NCBI GenBank assembly: GCA_017501465.1 | Contig: JAFVWY010000015.1 | Location: 107,422-171,421 of the forward strand | From: Bacilli bacterium | GTDB lineage: Bacteria; Bacillota_I; Bacilli_A; ML615J-28; CAG-313 | Length of the DNA: 64,000 nt | Reading direction: 5' to 3' | In this document: one piece after another, positions 36,849 through 46,266 of the stretch | Numbering within the stretch: position 1 is the stretch's first letter | How the letters are laid out: every line of letters starts with the position of its first letter | Translations under genes and position numbers: made by a program | Notes under the pieces: generated by a model | Told to the model about the DNA's origin: nothing | The model's database searches: none | The model's input: the letters and a program-made list of their open reading frames with translations, nothing else

Positions 36849-37544
36849 ATGTATTTAGTCGAATATAAAAATGTTTGTAAAAAATTTGATGATAAAGAAG
36901 TATTAAAAAATATTTCATTTAACGTAGAAAAAGGTAAAATCATTGGCTTGCTTGGTAAAAATGGGATGGGCAAGACAACAATAATAAAATTGATGAATGG
37001 TTTATTAGTTCCAACTAGTGGAGAAATTTTGATAAATGGTAAAGAGGTAGGAGTTGAGAGTAAAAAAACTATTTCGTTTCTACCGGAAAGAACTTATTTA
37101 GATAAAAGTTGGACAGTTAAACAAGTTTTGAATTTCTTTCTAGATTTTTATGAGGATTTTAATATTGAAACTGCACATAAATTGTTAATAGATTTAGAGT
37201 TAACAGAAGAAGATCGATTATCTAAAATGTCAAAAGGAATGTTAGAAAAACTTCAATTAATTTTAGTGATGTCAAGAGAAGTTGATTTATATGTATTAGA
37301 TGAACCTTTAGGTGGAGTTGATCCTGCCACAAGAGATTATATCTTAGATACAATTTTGACTAACTTTAAAGAAGGTGCAAGTATCATTATTTCAACTCAT
37401 TTAATTTCAGATATTGAAAGAATTTTAGATGACGTAATTTTTATTGATCATGGTGAGCTAATTTTATCTGATTCAGTTGAAAAATTACGTGAAGAACATA
37501 ATGAAAGCATTGATGAAATCTTTAGGAGGATGTTTAAATGTTAA
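36849..37544 (+). CDS. ABC transporter ATP-binding protein
   Basis: GKNGMGKTT, a degenerate signature MSKGMLEK, and LYVLDEP. Confidence 0.9.
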   Translation: MYLVEYKNVCKKFDDKEVLKNISFNVEKGKIIGLLGKNGMGKTTIIKLMNGLLVPTSGEILINGKEVGVESKKTISFLPERTYLDKSWTVKQVLNFFLDFYEDFNIETAHKLLIDLELTEEDRLSKMSKGMLEKLQLILVMSREVDLYVLDEPLGGVDPATRDYILDTILTNFKEGASIIISTHLISDIERILDDVIFIDHGELILSDSVEKLREEHNESIDEIFRRMFKC

Positions 37545-38332
37545 GAAAACTAATTAAATATGATTTAAAATGGCAATTAAAAATCATTACAATTTATTAT
37601 TTATTAGGGTTTGTTTTATCAATTATCGGAAGATTATTTGAATTTTTTCCTGATTCAACATTCTTTATTGTATTAACAAAAATCATTAAAGGAGCCGCTA
37701 TTTCCTTAACTATTACTGGTATTATTAATTGTATTATTCGATCATGGGTAAGAATCACTAATAATCTCTACAAAGATGAGTCATTGTTAACCCATACTTT
37801 ACCTGTTGAAACAAGCTTGCATTATTATTCTAAGATAATTTCGGTAGCGATTTTAGTCTTTTTATCTATTGGGGTTTTAATTATTAACTTTATAATTATG
37901 TATTATTCTAATGAATTATTAGATTTTATAAGACAATCATTTGATTTATTAGAGAATAATTATAATCTAAATCCGGTAGGTTTAATTTTATTGTTTGGTA
38001 TTGTAATCTTAGTAGAAGTCTTTTTCATAATTGTTTGTGGCTTTTTTGGTATAATTTTTGGATACAGTCATAATAATAAAAAACTTGGGAAAAGCTTTCT
38101 TTATGGTTTAGTTGCATATGGAATTTGTAGTGTGACATCACTTGTTATTATGATGATTTTTGCTATATTCAATGAAAATTTATATAATATGATTTTTGAA
38201 ACTAGTCTAGTAATTAGTTTTGATACATTTAAAATTATTATGTTGTTATCGATTGTTTTATATATTATTTATGGATTAGTTTTAATTGTTTTATCACATA
38301 AAAAGTTAAACCAAGGGGTAAATATCGATTAA
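37538..38332 (+). CDS. ABC-2-type / uncharacterised polytopic membrane protein
   Basis: 264 aa with about 6 TM helices. Overlaps the upstream ATPase gene by 7 nt. Confidence 0.6.
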   Translation: MLRKLIKYDLKWQLKIITIYYLLGFVLSIIGRLFEFFPDSTFFIVLTKIIKGAAISLTITGIINCIIRSWVRITNNLYKDESLLTHTLPVETSLHYYSKIISVAILVFLSIGVLIINFIIMYYSNELLDFIRQSFDLLENNYNLNPVGLILLFGIVILVEVFFIIVCGFFGIIFGYSHNNKKLGKSFLYGLVAYGICSVTSLVIMMIFAIFNENLYNMIFETSLVISFDTFKIIMLLSIVLYIIYGLVLIVLSHKKLNQGVNID

Positions 38333-38450
38333 CATTTAGGAAGAATTCGTTTAGTAAAATTTTAATATTATCAGAAAAAAATGCTTTAATATCATAAAAA
38401 AAATCTAAATGTGATATAATTTAAAAGTAAATTAAAAAAGGAGAATTCTT

Positions 38451-38828
38451 ATGGAACAAAAGTTTTTAGAATGTAAAAAATGTGGTAACATAATTGCGGC
38501 TGTTAAAGAAAGTGGTGTTGCTGTTATGTGCTGTGGTCAAAAAATGGAAAGAATTGAAGCTGGAGTTGTTGAAGCTAGTTACGAAAAACATATTCCAGTT
38601 GTAGAAAGAGATGGTAACTTTGTAAAAGTAACTGTAGGCAGTGTTGAACATCCAATGGTTGATGTACACTACATTGAATGGATTTCAGTTCAAACTAATT
38701 TAGGAAATCAAAGAAAAATATTAAAACCAAACGATGAACCAAAAGCTAGTTTCGTTTTATTAGAAAATGAAGTAGTGGAAGCAGTATATGCTTACTGTAA
38801 TCTACATGGTTTATGGAAAGCAGAATAA
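38451..38828 (+). CDS. dfx: Desulfoferrodoxin (2Fe superoxide reductase)
   Basis: N-terminal desulforedoxin CKKCGN...CCG. Neelaredoxin-type ligands (EKHIPV, HPM, HYIEW, CNLHG). 125 aa. Confidence 0.9.
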   Translation: MEQKFLECKKCGNIIAAVKESGVAVMCCGQKMERIEAGVVEASYEKHIPVVERDGNFVKVTVGSVEHPMVDVHYIEWISVQTNLGNQRKILKPNDEPKASFVLLENEVVEAVYAYCNLHGLWKAE

Positions 38829-38834
38829 TTAAGT

Positions 38835-38860
38835 AAAAAGCACAATATGTGCTTTTTTTT
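38835..38860 (+). terminator. Rho-independent terminator
   Basis: aaaaagcaca / tgtgcttttt hairpin followed by a T8 run. Confidence 0.7.
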
Positions 38861-38915
38861 ATTTATAGACAAATTGGTGAAAATTTGGTATAATTAAATA
38901 TCAAAAGGTGATATT

Positions 38916-41066
38916 ATGAAAAAGACTTTCTTATTTATTGTATTTTTTATAACATTATTCTTAAATGGTTGTGAATTTTCATTTGGTAGTAACCAAAACA
39001 ATGGAAATCCACAAGTTTTAGATACTCCTAAAGTTCAAATTAATGAAAATGGTGTTGCCACATGGAGAGCAGTACCTAACGCTGATGGGTATTTGTGTTT
39101 AATTAATGGAGAACAAATAGAAACTGTTGGATTATTTATTAAATTAAATTACGATGATAATATTTCAGTGATGGCAATTAGTAATTCTGACCAATATTTG
39201 AATAGTGAATGGAGCGATTTAAAAACATATTTAGATTTAAGAGTTTTTTATACGGTAAAATATTATGATTTAGATCATAATTTAATTTATGTAGATAAAG
39301 TTGTAGAAAAAATGCCGAGTACTTTTTCAGGCGTTATTCCAACTGTTATTGATGATGATTATACATATACTTTTATTGGCTGGAGTGAAGATCTAAACAG
39401 TGTTACTCAAGATATAGAAGTATATCCAGTATATGAAAAAGAATTAATATTCAAAGGTGAACGTTTAAATACTCCAGTTGTGGTTGATAATCAAAATGGA
39501 GCAGTTTCATGGAATAAGGTTCCTGGTGCATCTCAATATGCTTATATTATTAATAAAGAAGAAGTAAAATACACGACTAATTTATTTGTTTTTGTAAATG
39601 AAGGTGACACTATTAAAGTTAAGGCCTTAAATCAAGATTTAGATAGTTTATGGTCTGGTGAAATTTGCTGTAAGATTATAAAAAATACAACCGATGTTAG
39701 ATATACCACAAAAGATCTATATGAAAATAATGTTTATGAATTGGATTGTATGCCATCTACTGGTACCCAAAATATGTTAGTTATTCCTGTTTGGTTTAAT
39801 GATTCTAAAGATTATATAAATGAAGAAAATAAAAATAACATTATACTAGATATTGAAAAAGCATTTTTTGGTACTAGCATCGAAACAGGTTTTGAAAGTG
39901 TATCATCATATTATTATAAAGATTCTTATGGTGAATTAGTAATTGATGGGTTTGTAAGTGATTGGTATAATTGTGGTAAAAGTGCTAAAAATATTAGTGC
40001 ATATAGTGTAGATAATATTGTTGTTGATGCGGTTAATTGGTTTAAACTAACCTATGATTTAGATATTAAAGATTTTGATCAAGATCAAAATGGTTATCTA
40101 GATTCGGTTTGTTTAATATATGGATATCCAAATTATGATAGTATTTCTTCAAGTAATGATAATCTTTGGGCATATGTTTATTGGCTACAAGATAATAAAC
40201 ATCAAGATTTAGAAAACCCAGGTCCAAATACTTACTTTTTTGCTTCATATGATTTTATGTATGATGGCGCTGGGGATACTAGTCATTGTTTAATTGATAC
40301 ACATACTTATATCCATGAAGTTGGTCATATTCTTGGCTTAGATGATTATTATGATTATTCTGGAAAAACTAATCCTTGTGGTGGATTTAGTATGCAAGAT
40401 TATAATGTAGGAGGCCATGATCCTTATTCAAAAATGTTATTAGATTGGGTTGACCCCTATGTTATTGATGAATCTTGCACAATTACAATAAAACCTTTTG
40501 AATCCAGTGGGGATTTATTGCTAATAGCACCCAATTTTAGTGGTAGTGTTTATGATGAGTACTTATTGATTGAATTGTATACTCCAACCGGATTAAATGA
40601 ATTTGATACGCTATATCAATATTTAGATAACTGTCCTCAAGGTCCAACTCAATATGGTATTAGAATTTGGCATGTTGATGGCAGATTAGCATATGTAAGT
40701 GAGCCGGATTATGAATCTTTTACGGAATCAAAAGTAACTACTGAAATTAATGATTTATATTACTATCCAGCTAATACTAACACATATCCTGAAAAAGGAT
40801 ATGAGGATTTTTGGACTCAAATTAGATCTTTTAGATATTATAATATTTTACAACTTATAAGAAATGATCGAAATGCAAGCTATTTATCAAATGAAGATAT
40901 TCAAAATAGTGACTTATTCACTAGTGGTGATATTTTTGATATTAATTTATTTAGTAAACAATTCTATAATAGTGGAAAATTTAATAATAATAGTAATTTT
41001 AATTATATTATTGAATTTGTTGAAGTTACCAATGAGGGAGCTTTAATTAAAATTACAAAAGAATAG
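38916..41066 (+). CDS. Lipoprotein, M6 (immune inhibitor A-like) zinc metalloprotease with N-terminal repeat domains
   Basis: Lipobox LFLNGC. HEVGH at 40314-40328, followed by LDDYYD. Two ~65-aa internal repeats (39018-39218 and 39465-39662). A Listeria-Bacteroides-type repeat (YTYTFIGWSEDL). Confidence 0.8.
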   Translation: MKKTFLFIVFFITLFLNGCEFSFGSNQNNGNPQVLDTPKVQINENGVATWRAVPNADGYLCLINGEQIETVGLFIKLNYDDNISVMAISNSDQYLNSEWSDLKTYLDLRVFYTVKYYDLDHNLIYVDKVVEKMPSTFSGVIPTVIDDDYTYTFIGWSEDLNSVTQDIEVYPVYEKELIFKGERLNTPVVVDNQNGAVSWNKVPGASQYAYIINKEEVKYTTNLFVFVNEGDTIKVKALNQDLDSLWSGEICCKIIKNTTDVRYTTKDLYENNVYELDCMPSTGTQNMLVIPVWFNDSKDYINEENKNNIILDIEKAFFGTSIETGFESVSSYYYKDSYGELVIDGFVSDWYNCGKSAKNISAYSVDNIVVDAVNWFKLTYDLDIKDFDQDQNGYLDSVCLIYGYPNYDSISSSNDNLWAYVYWLQDNKHQDLENPGPNTYFFASYDFMYDGAGDTSHCLIDTHTYIHEVGHILGLDDYYDYSGKTNPCGGFSMQDYNVGGHDPYSKMLLDWVDPYVIDESCTITIKPFESSGDLLLIAPNFSGSVYDEYLLIELYTPTGLNEFDTLYQYLDNCPQGPTQYGIRIWHVDGRLAYVSEPDYESFTESKVTTEINDLYYYPANTNTYPEKGYEDFWTQIRSFRYYNILQLIRNDRNASYLSNEDIQNSDLFTSGDIFDINLFSKQFYNSGKFNNNSNFNYIIEFVEVTNEGALIKITKE

Positions 41067-41078
41067 AAAGAGGTATTT

Positions 41079-41432
41079 ATGAAAAAAGGTAAAGGAATAT
41101 TTATTGTTTCAATTATATTATCTGTTTTAGTGTTAGTGGCATTATTTTTTGCAGGCTATATGTTATATGCAGAAATTGATTTATTGAAACAACTTGAAAC
41201 AACAGAAAATGGGTGGATTGGCTTAGGATTAATTGGAATCTTGGCTGTAATGTTGATTGCTTCCATTGGTGGGGCAGTTTTATCTTTAATAATTTTTGTT
41301 TTAAATATAATAAGAGTATTAAAATTAAAAGATAAAAGGGCAACACGAGTTAATTATATTTTTGCGTTTAGTGCGATATTTATAATTGTAGTTTTTGTAG
41401 TATTAAACATTATTTTTTATGCCTTAGTTTAG
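41079..41432 (+). CDS. Small polytopic membrane protein (117 aa)
   Basis: GAGG RBS. 3-4 TM helices. No family recognised. Confidence 0.55.
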   Translation: MKKGKGIFIVSIILSVLVLVALFFAGYMLYAEIDLLKQLETTENGWIGLGLIGILAVMLIASIGGAVLSLIIFVLNIIRVLKLKDKRATRVNYIFAFSAIFIIVVFVVLNIIFYALV

Positions 41433-41441
41433 GAGCTAATA

Positions 41442-42251
41442 ATGGAATATTTTACAGTATTTAAATATAATGATTCACTATATCAAATAAAAGATGCATT
41501 AGGCGTATTATCAACATTAGTCGTAGGATGTGATAAAGCATTATTATTTGATACTGGATATGGGATTGGTAATTTAAAAGAAGAAGTTAAAAAAATCACC
41601 AATTTACCATTAATTGTGGTTAATAGTCATGGACATATGGACCATAGCTGTGGGAATTATTTGTTTGATAAAGTTTATATTCATAAAGATGATATGGACC
41701 TTTGTATTGAACATAATGGAATTGAAAGAAGAAAAAGAAATTTAGCGAATGTTAAAAATATTAATAAATTACCAAATGGATTTGATGAAGAAGCTTATTT
41801 AAAACAAAATGAAGGTAACTTGGTAGAACTAAAAATAGGTGACACTTTTGATCTAGGTGGCATTATACTAGAAGTAATCCCTTTTCAAGGGCACACTAAA
41901 GGCTCAATTGCTTTATTTAATCGTCAGGATAAGTATTTATTAGTAGGTGATGCGACATGTCCTTTTGTTTGGTTGTTTTTAAAAGAATCGATGCCAGTTA
42001 GTGTTTATATTGATTCTTTAAAAAAGGCATTAGAACTAGATTTCGATTACTTTTTAGTAGGACATGGTCCAAGACTTTTCCCTAGAAGCAAAATGATAGA
42101 TTTCTTAAAGATTGCAGAAGATATTAAACTTGAAGAGTCAGTTCCAGTCAATTTTGAAGGTTATGGGGTAGACGTGATTTATTGTTATACTAAGGGAAAA
42201 ATGTATGACCAAAATGATTGTGGGGTAGTATTTGATCCTAACAAATTATAA
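41442..42251 (+). CDS. MBL-fold metallo-hydrolase
   Basis: NSHGHMDH motif and a downstream GHTKGS motif. 269 aa. Confidence 0.8.
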   Translation: MEYFTVFKYNDSLYQIKDALGVLSTLVVGCDKALLFDTGYGIGNLKEEVKKITNLPLIVVNSHGHMDHSCGNYLFDKVYIHKDDMDLCIEHNGIERRKRNLANVKNINKLPNGFDEEAYLKQNEGNLVELKIGDTFDLGGIILEVIPFQGHTKGSIALFNRQDKYLLVGDATCPFVWLFLKESMPVSVYIDSLKKALELDFDYFLVGHGPRLFPRSKMIDFLKIAEDIKLEESVPVNFEGYGVDVIYCYTKGKMYDQNDCGVVFDPNKL

Positions 42252-42280
42252 ACAAGAACTTATAGAGTTCTTGTTTTTTA
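42250..42280 (+). terminator. Rho-independent terminator
   Basis: acaagaact / agttcttgt 9-bp stem with a 5-nt loop, followed by a T6 run. Confidence 0.75.
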
Positions 42281-42292
42281 ATTTTGTATAAA

Positions 42293-42323
42293 GATTGCAC
42301 GCGCAATCAAATTGTGATATAAT
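42293..42323 (+). promoter_or_regulatory. Promoter with overlapping GC-rich palindrome (candidate MarR operator)
   Basis: -35 TTGCAC (42295-42300), 17-nt spacer, -10 TATAAT (42318-42323) with an upstream TG. The palindrome GATTGC-acgc-GCAATC (42293-42308) covers the -35. Confidence 0.45.
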
Positions 42324-42350
42324 TAATAAGAAAAAAGAAAGAGGAAGATC

Positions 42351-44102
42351 ATGTTTAAAAAATTTGTTAGTTATTATAAACCTCATAAAGTATTATTTAC
42401 ATTTGATATGTTAGCATCACTGTTGGTATCAATAATTGGTCTATGTTATCCAATTATTACTAGAAAAATGTTAAACGAATGGATTTTTGATGAAAAGTTA
42501 GATAAATTAGTTATTTTCGGTTTCGTCTTATTAGGCCTTTATACATTAAGATTGGCTTTAAAGTTTTTTATCCAATACTATGGACATGTAATTGGAGTAA
42601 AAATGCAAGCACAAATGAGAATAGATTTATTTAAAAAACTACAAAAATTACCATATTCATTTTATGATAATCATGAAACTGGTAAGATTATGACTAGAAT
42701 GACTAATGACTTAATGGATGTTAGTGAGCTTGCTCACCATGGGCCAGAAAATATTTTCATCTGTGGTATAATGGTTATTGGATCGTTTATTTATCTATGT
42801 ACAATTAATGTGCTTCTAACGCTAATTGTTTTTATTTGTGTTCCAATCCTTTGTTTAATATCTTATTTTTTAAGAAAAAAGATGAATCATGCTTTCACGG
42901 AAAGTAGAAAAAGTGTTGCAGTTGTTAATGCAGCATTAGAAAGTAGTATTTCCGGTATTAGAGTAACAAAAGCTTTCACAAATGATGCTAAAGAGTTAGA
43001 AAAATTTGACAAAGGTAATCAAATGTATGTTGAAGCCAGAAGAAAATCTTATAAAGCGATGGGACAATTTGGTTCTTCAACAGCATTCGTAACGGATATA
43101 TTTAATGTCTTTATTTTAGTTGCCGGAGGATTTGCTATTAGATATTGGAATTTGGCTCTTCCAGACTATACTGCATTCGTAATCAGTATAGGTTTATTTA
43201 TTAATCCGGTTTCTACTTTAATTGCATTTGTTGAACAACTTCAAGAAGGTATTACTGGTTTTAGAAGATTTTTAGAAATTATGAATGAAGAAGAAGAGTA
43301 TGAAAAACCAGATGCTGTGCCACTTGTGATTACTGAAGGAGCAATTGAATTTAAAAATGTCAACTTCCAATATGATTCATCAAAAGATATCTTACATAAC
43401 ATTAATCTATCGATTAAACCTGGTAAAAAGTTAGCTCTAGTGGGCCCTAGTGGTGGTGGTAAGACGACTATTTGTCACTTAATTCCTAATTTTTATAAAA
43501 TTAATGAAGGTGAAATCTTAATTGATGGACAAAATATTAATGATGTAACTTTAGAATCTTTAAGAAAGAATATTGGTATTGTTCAACAAGATGTTTTCTT
43601 ATTTAATGGAAGCATCAGAGAAAATATTTTATATGGACGACTTGATGCTACTATGGATGAGGTTTATGAATCAGCAAGAAAAGCAAATATTCATGAATAT
43701 ATAATGTCTTTACCGGAAGGTTATGATACTCAAATAGGTGAACGTGGTGTTAAATTAAGTGGTGGTCAAAAACAAAGATTATCAATAGCAAGAGTTTTTT
43801 TAAAAAACCCTTCTATATTAATTTTAGATGAAGCAACAAGCGCGTTAGATAACACTACTGAAATTCTTATACAAAGTGCATTAGATGAACTTTGTAAAGG
43901 AAGAACTACTTTAGTAGTGGCTCATAGATTATCAACAATTAAAACAGCTGATGAAATAATTGTTATCGCTGGTGGTATCATTAAAGAACAAGGTACACAT
44001 GAAGAATTGGTTGACTTAGATGGAATTTATGCAAAATTATATAGTTTGCAATTTAGAGATTCCAATATTAAGTTTCTAAATCAAGAATTAATCGAGTCAT
44101 AG
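42351..44102 (+). CDS. ABC exporter, fused permease/ATPase (MsbA/multidrug type)
   Basis: 6-TM domain, then GPSGGGKTT, LSGGQKQR and ILILDEATSALD. 583 aa. Confidence 0.9.
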   Translation: MFKKFVSYYKPHKVLFTFDMLASLLVSIIGLCYPIITRKMLNEWIFDEKLDKLVIFGFVLLGLYTLRLALKFFIQYYGHVIGVKMQAQMRIDLFKKLQKLPYSFYDNHETGKIMTRMTNDLMDVSELAHHGPENIFICGIMVIGSFIYLCTINVLLTLIVFICVPILCLISYFLRKKMNHAFTESRKSVAVVNAALESSISGIRVTKAFTNDAKELEKFDKGNQMYVEARRKSYKAMGQFGSSTAFVTDIFNVFILVAGGFAIRYWNLALPDYTAFVISIGLFINPVSTLIAFVEQLQEGITGFRRFLEIMNEEEEYEKPDAVPLVITEGAIEFKNVNFQYDSSKDILHNINLSIKPGKKLALVGPSGGGKTTICHLIPNFYKINEGEILIDGQNINDVTLESLRKNIGIVQQDVFLFNGSIRENILYGRLDATMDEVYESARKANIHEYIMSLPEGYDTQIGERGVKLSGGQKQRLSIARVFLKNPSILILDEATSALDNTTEILIQSALDELCKGRTTLVVAHRLSTIKTADEIIVIAGGIIKEQGTHEELVDLDGIYAKLYSLQFRDSNIKFLNQELIES

Positions 44103-44109
44103 GTGTTTT

Positions 44110-44541
44110 ATGGAAGAATTATTTAGATATATCAATATTATTTCAAAACATACAAATGTTTATTTAGATCAAGCTTTAAGCGAATTCGGCTTATGTTCAT
44201 GTCATCGAGTATTTATTAAAATGATTGTCAAAAACCCTGGTATTACAAGAGATAAAATTAAAAATATGGTACACATTCATCCTTCTAATACGACTAGAAT
44301 TATCGATTTTTTAGAAGAAAATAATTTTATAATCAAAAAGATAAACGATGATGATCGTAGAATTTGTGAATTATATCCTACTGAAAAATTACAAACTGTT
44401 TATAATAAACTATTAGTAGTTGAAAAAGAATGGATTGATATTTTAACTGAAAGTATCAGTAAAGATGATTTGGCTAAATACGAAGAATTTTTAAAAGTTT
44501 CTGCTAGTAATTCTATTCAACATATTCATAAAAATAAATAA
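44110..44541 (+). CDS. MarR-family transcriptional regulator
   Basis: 143 aa with a winged HTH (ITRDKIKNMVHIHPSNTTRIIDFLEENNFI). Starts 7 nt after the ABC exporter stop. Confidence 0.85.
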   Translation: MEELFRYINIISKHTNVYLDQALSEFGLCSCHRVFIKMIVKNPGITRDKIKNMVHIHPSNTTRIIDFLEENNFIIKKINDDDRRICELYPTEKLQTVYNKLLVVEKEWIDILTESISKDDLAKYEEFLKVSASNSIQHIHKNK

Positions 44542-44544
44542 AAA

Positions 44545-44575
44545 AATAGGACCTGTTATCAGGCCCTTATTTTTA
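44545..44575 (+). terminator. Imperfect rho-independent terminator
   Basis: aggacctg ttat caggccct hairpin with one mismatch, followed by a T-rich tail. Confidence 0.5.
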
Positions 44576-44591
44576 CCAAGAAGGAGGAGAC

Positions 44592-45857
44592 ATGGAAAAA
44601 TATTACTTATGTATTGATTTAAAAAGTTTTTATGCATCAGTAGAGTGTGTCGAAAGGGGTCTAGATCCGTTGACTACAAATTTAGTAGTAGCAGACCCAT
44701 CAAGAGGCAATGGCGCCATTTGTCTTGCAATTACCCCTTCGATGAAAAAACTAGGAATTAAGAATAGATGTCGTATCTTCGAAATTCCCAAACACATTAA
44801 ATATATCACTGCTTTACCTAGAATGAAAAAATATATGGAAGTATCCGCCCAAATTTATAGTGTTTATTTAAAATACATTTCTCAAGATGATATCCATGTT
44901 TATTCTATTGATGAATGTTTTTTAGATGTGACTAAATATATTAAATTATATAATAAATCACCTAAAGAAATTGCTAGGATGTTGTTAGATGCTGTTTATC
45001 AAGAAACAGGATTAACAGCAACTGTAGGTATTGGGACTAATTTATTTCTAGCAAAAGTTGCCTTAGATATTACCGCCAAAAAGTCTCCAGATTTCATGGG
45101 CTTTTTAGATGAAAACATTTTTAAAGAACATATTTGGCATCATCAGCCTATTACTGATATTTGGAATATAGGCAGAGGTATTGCAAAAAGACTTTTAAGA
45201 TATGGTATAATCGATTTATATGGTGTTACAAGGATTGATCCAAAAGTTCTATATAAAGAATTTGGTATAAATGCCGAGTTATTAATTGATCATGCTTGGG
45301 GAGTAGAACCTTGCACAATTGAGGACATTCACAAGTATCATTCTAAAAGTCAGTCGGTCTCTAATTCTCAGATTTTATTCGAGGATTATGGTTATGATGA
45401 TGCGTTTATAGTTTTGAAGGAAATGGTTGATATAAATGTCTTAGAATTAATTGATAAAAAATTAGTTACTAATAATATATCACTATATATTGGTTATTCT
45501 AAAGATGTAATTAAACCCACTGGAGGCAGTTTAACCCTTGATGGTTTTACGCAATCTAGAGAAAAGTTAATGAAATATTTTTGTGATCTGTTTATTAGAA
45601 CCACTAATAAAGAGTATAAGATTAGACGTATTGGATTAGGTTTTAATAATGTAAAAGATGAAATATTTCAAGATTTTGATTTATTCACTGACTTTGAAAA
45701 GGAAGAAAAAGAAAAATCCGTCCAAAATGCTATTATTAATATTAAGAAAAAATACGGAAAAAATAGCATAATAAAAGGGATGGATTTACAGGAAAAAGCA
45801 ACTACAATTAAACGAAATAAATTAGTAGGAGGGCATAATGGCGGAGAAGATGAGTAA
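44592..45857 (+). CDS. Y-family DNA polymerase (UmuC/UvrX/YqjW-like)
   Basis: Catalytic motifs IDLKSFYASVE and SIDECFLDV. 421 aa. GGAGGAG RBS. Confidence 0.9.
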   Translation: MEKYYLCIDLKSFYASVECVERGLDPLTTNLVVADPSRGNGAICLAITPSMKKLGIKNRCRIFEIPKHIKYITALPRMKKYMEVSAQIYSVYLKYISQDDIHVYSIDECFLDVTKYIKLYNKSPKEIARMLLDAVYQETGLTATVGIGTNLFLAKVALDITAKKSPDFMGFLDENIFKEHIWHHQPITDIWNIGRGIAKRLLRYGIIDLYGVTRIDPKVLYKEFGINAELLIDHAWGVEPCTIEDIHKYHSKSQSVSNSQILFEDYGYDDAFIVLKEMVDINVLELIDKKLVTNNISLYIGYSKDVIKPTGGSLTLDGFTQSREKLMKYFCDLFIRTTNKEYKIRRIGLGFNNVKDEIFQDFDLFTDFEKEEKEKSVQNAIINIKKKYGKNSIIKGMDLQEKATTIKRNKLVGGHNGGEDE

Positions 45858-46182
45858 TGTTGAGAGAGCAAAACAATTTTTACCATTTAACGCTTTGCGA
45901 GGATTTTATAATTTGGTTAAGAATAAAGAAAAAATTATAATGGAAAAAAAAGATTTATCTTCAGATGAATTAGAGATTTTATCCTATAAGTTTGTTCAAT
46001 TAAAAAAAGGAAAAATTGTAAAAATTAAGTATTATGAACAAGATGGATATGTTACATTTGAAGGAATGATTACAAATATTGATACTATCTTTAAAACAAT
46101 AACTTTAGTAGATACTTTAATCTCATTTGATAATATTATTGATATTTCAGCTGATTGGATAAAGGAGTTTAGTATAGAATAA
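45838..46182 (+). CDS. YolD-like protein (accessory to Y-family polymerase)
   Basis: 114 aa. FLPFNALRGF N-terminal motif. 20-nt overlap with the polymerase gene, the same pairing as uvrX-yolD in B. subtilis. Confidence 0.6.
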   Translation: MAEKMSNVERAKQFLPFNALRGFYNLVKNKEKIIMEKKDLSSDELEILSYKFVQLKKGKIVKIKYYEQDGYVTFEGMITNIDTIFKTITLVDTLISFDNIIDISADWIKEFSIE

Positions 46183-46266
46183 AATTTAATACTTGCCTTG
46201 TAAAAAAAGACGATTTATGGTAAAATAAGTATACTGTAAAAATATTGAATTTATAAAGGAGGTTAT

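Noticed and set aside
44542-44591. Looked for a LexA/DinR box (CGAAC-N4-GTTCG) upstream of the Y-family polymerase.
   Set aside because: No match or near-match is visible in the 50-nt spacer.
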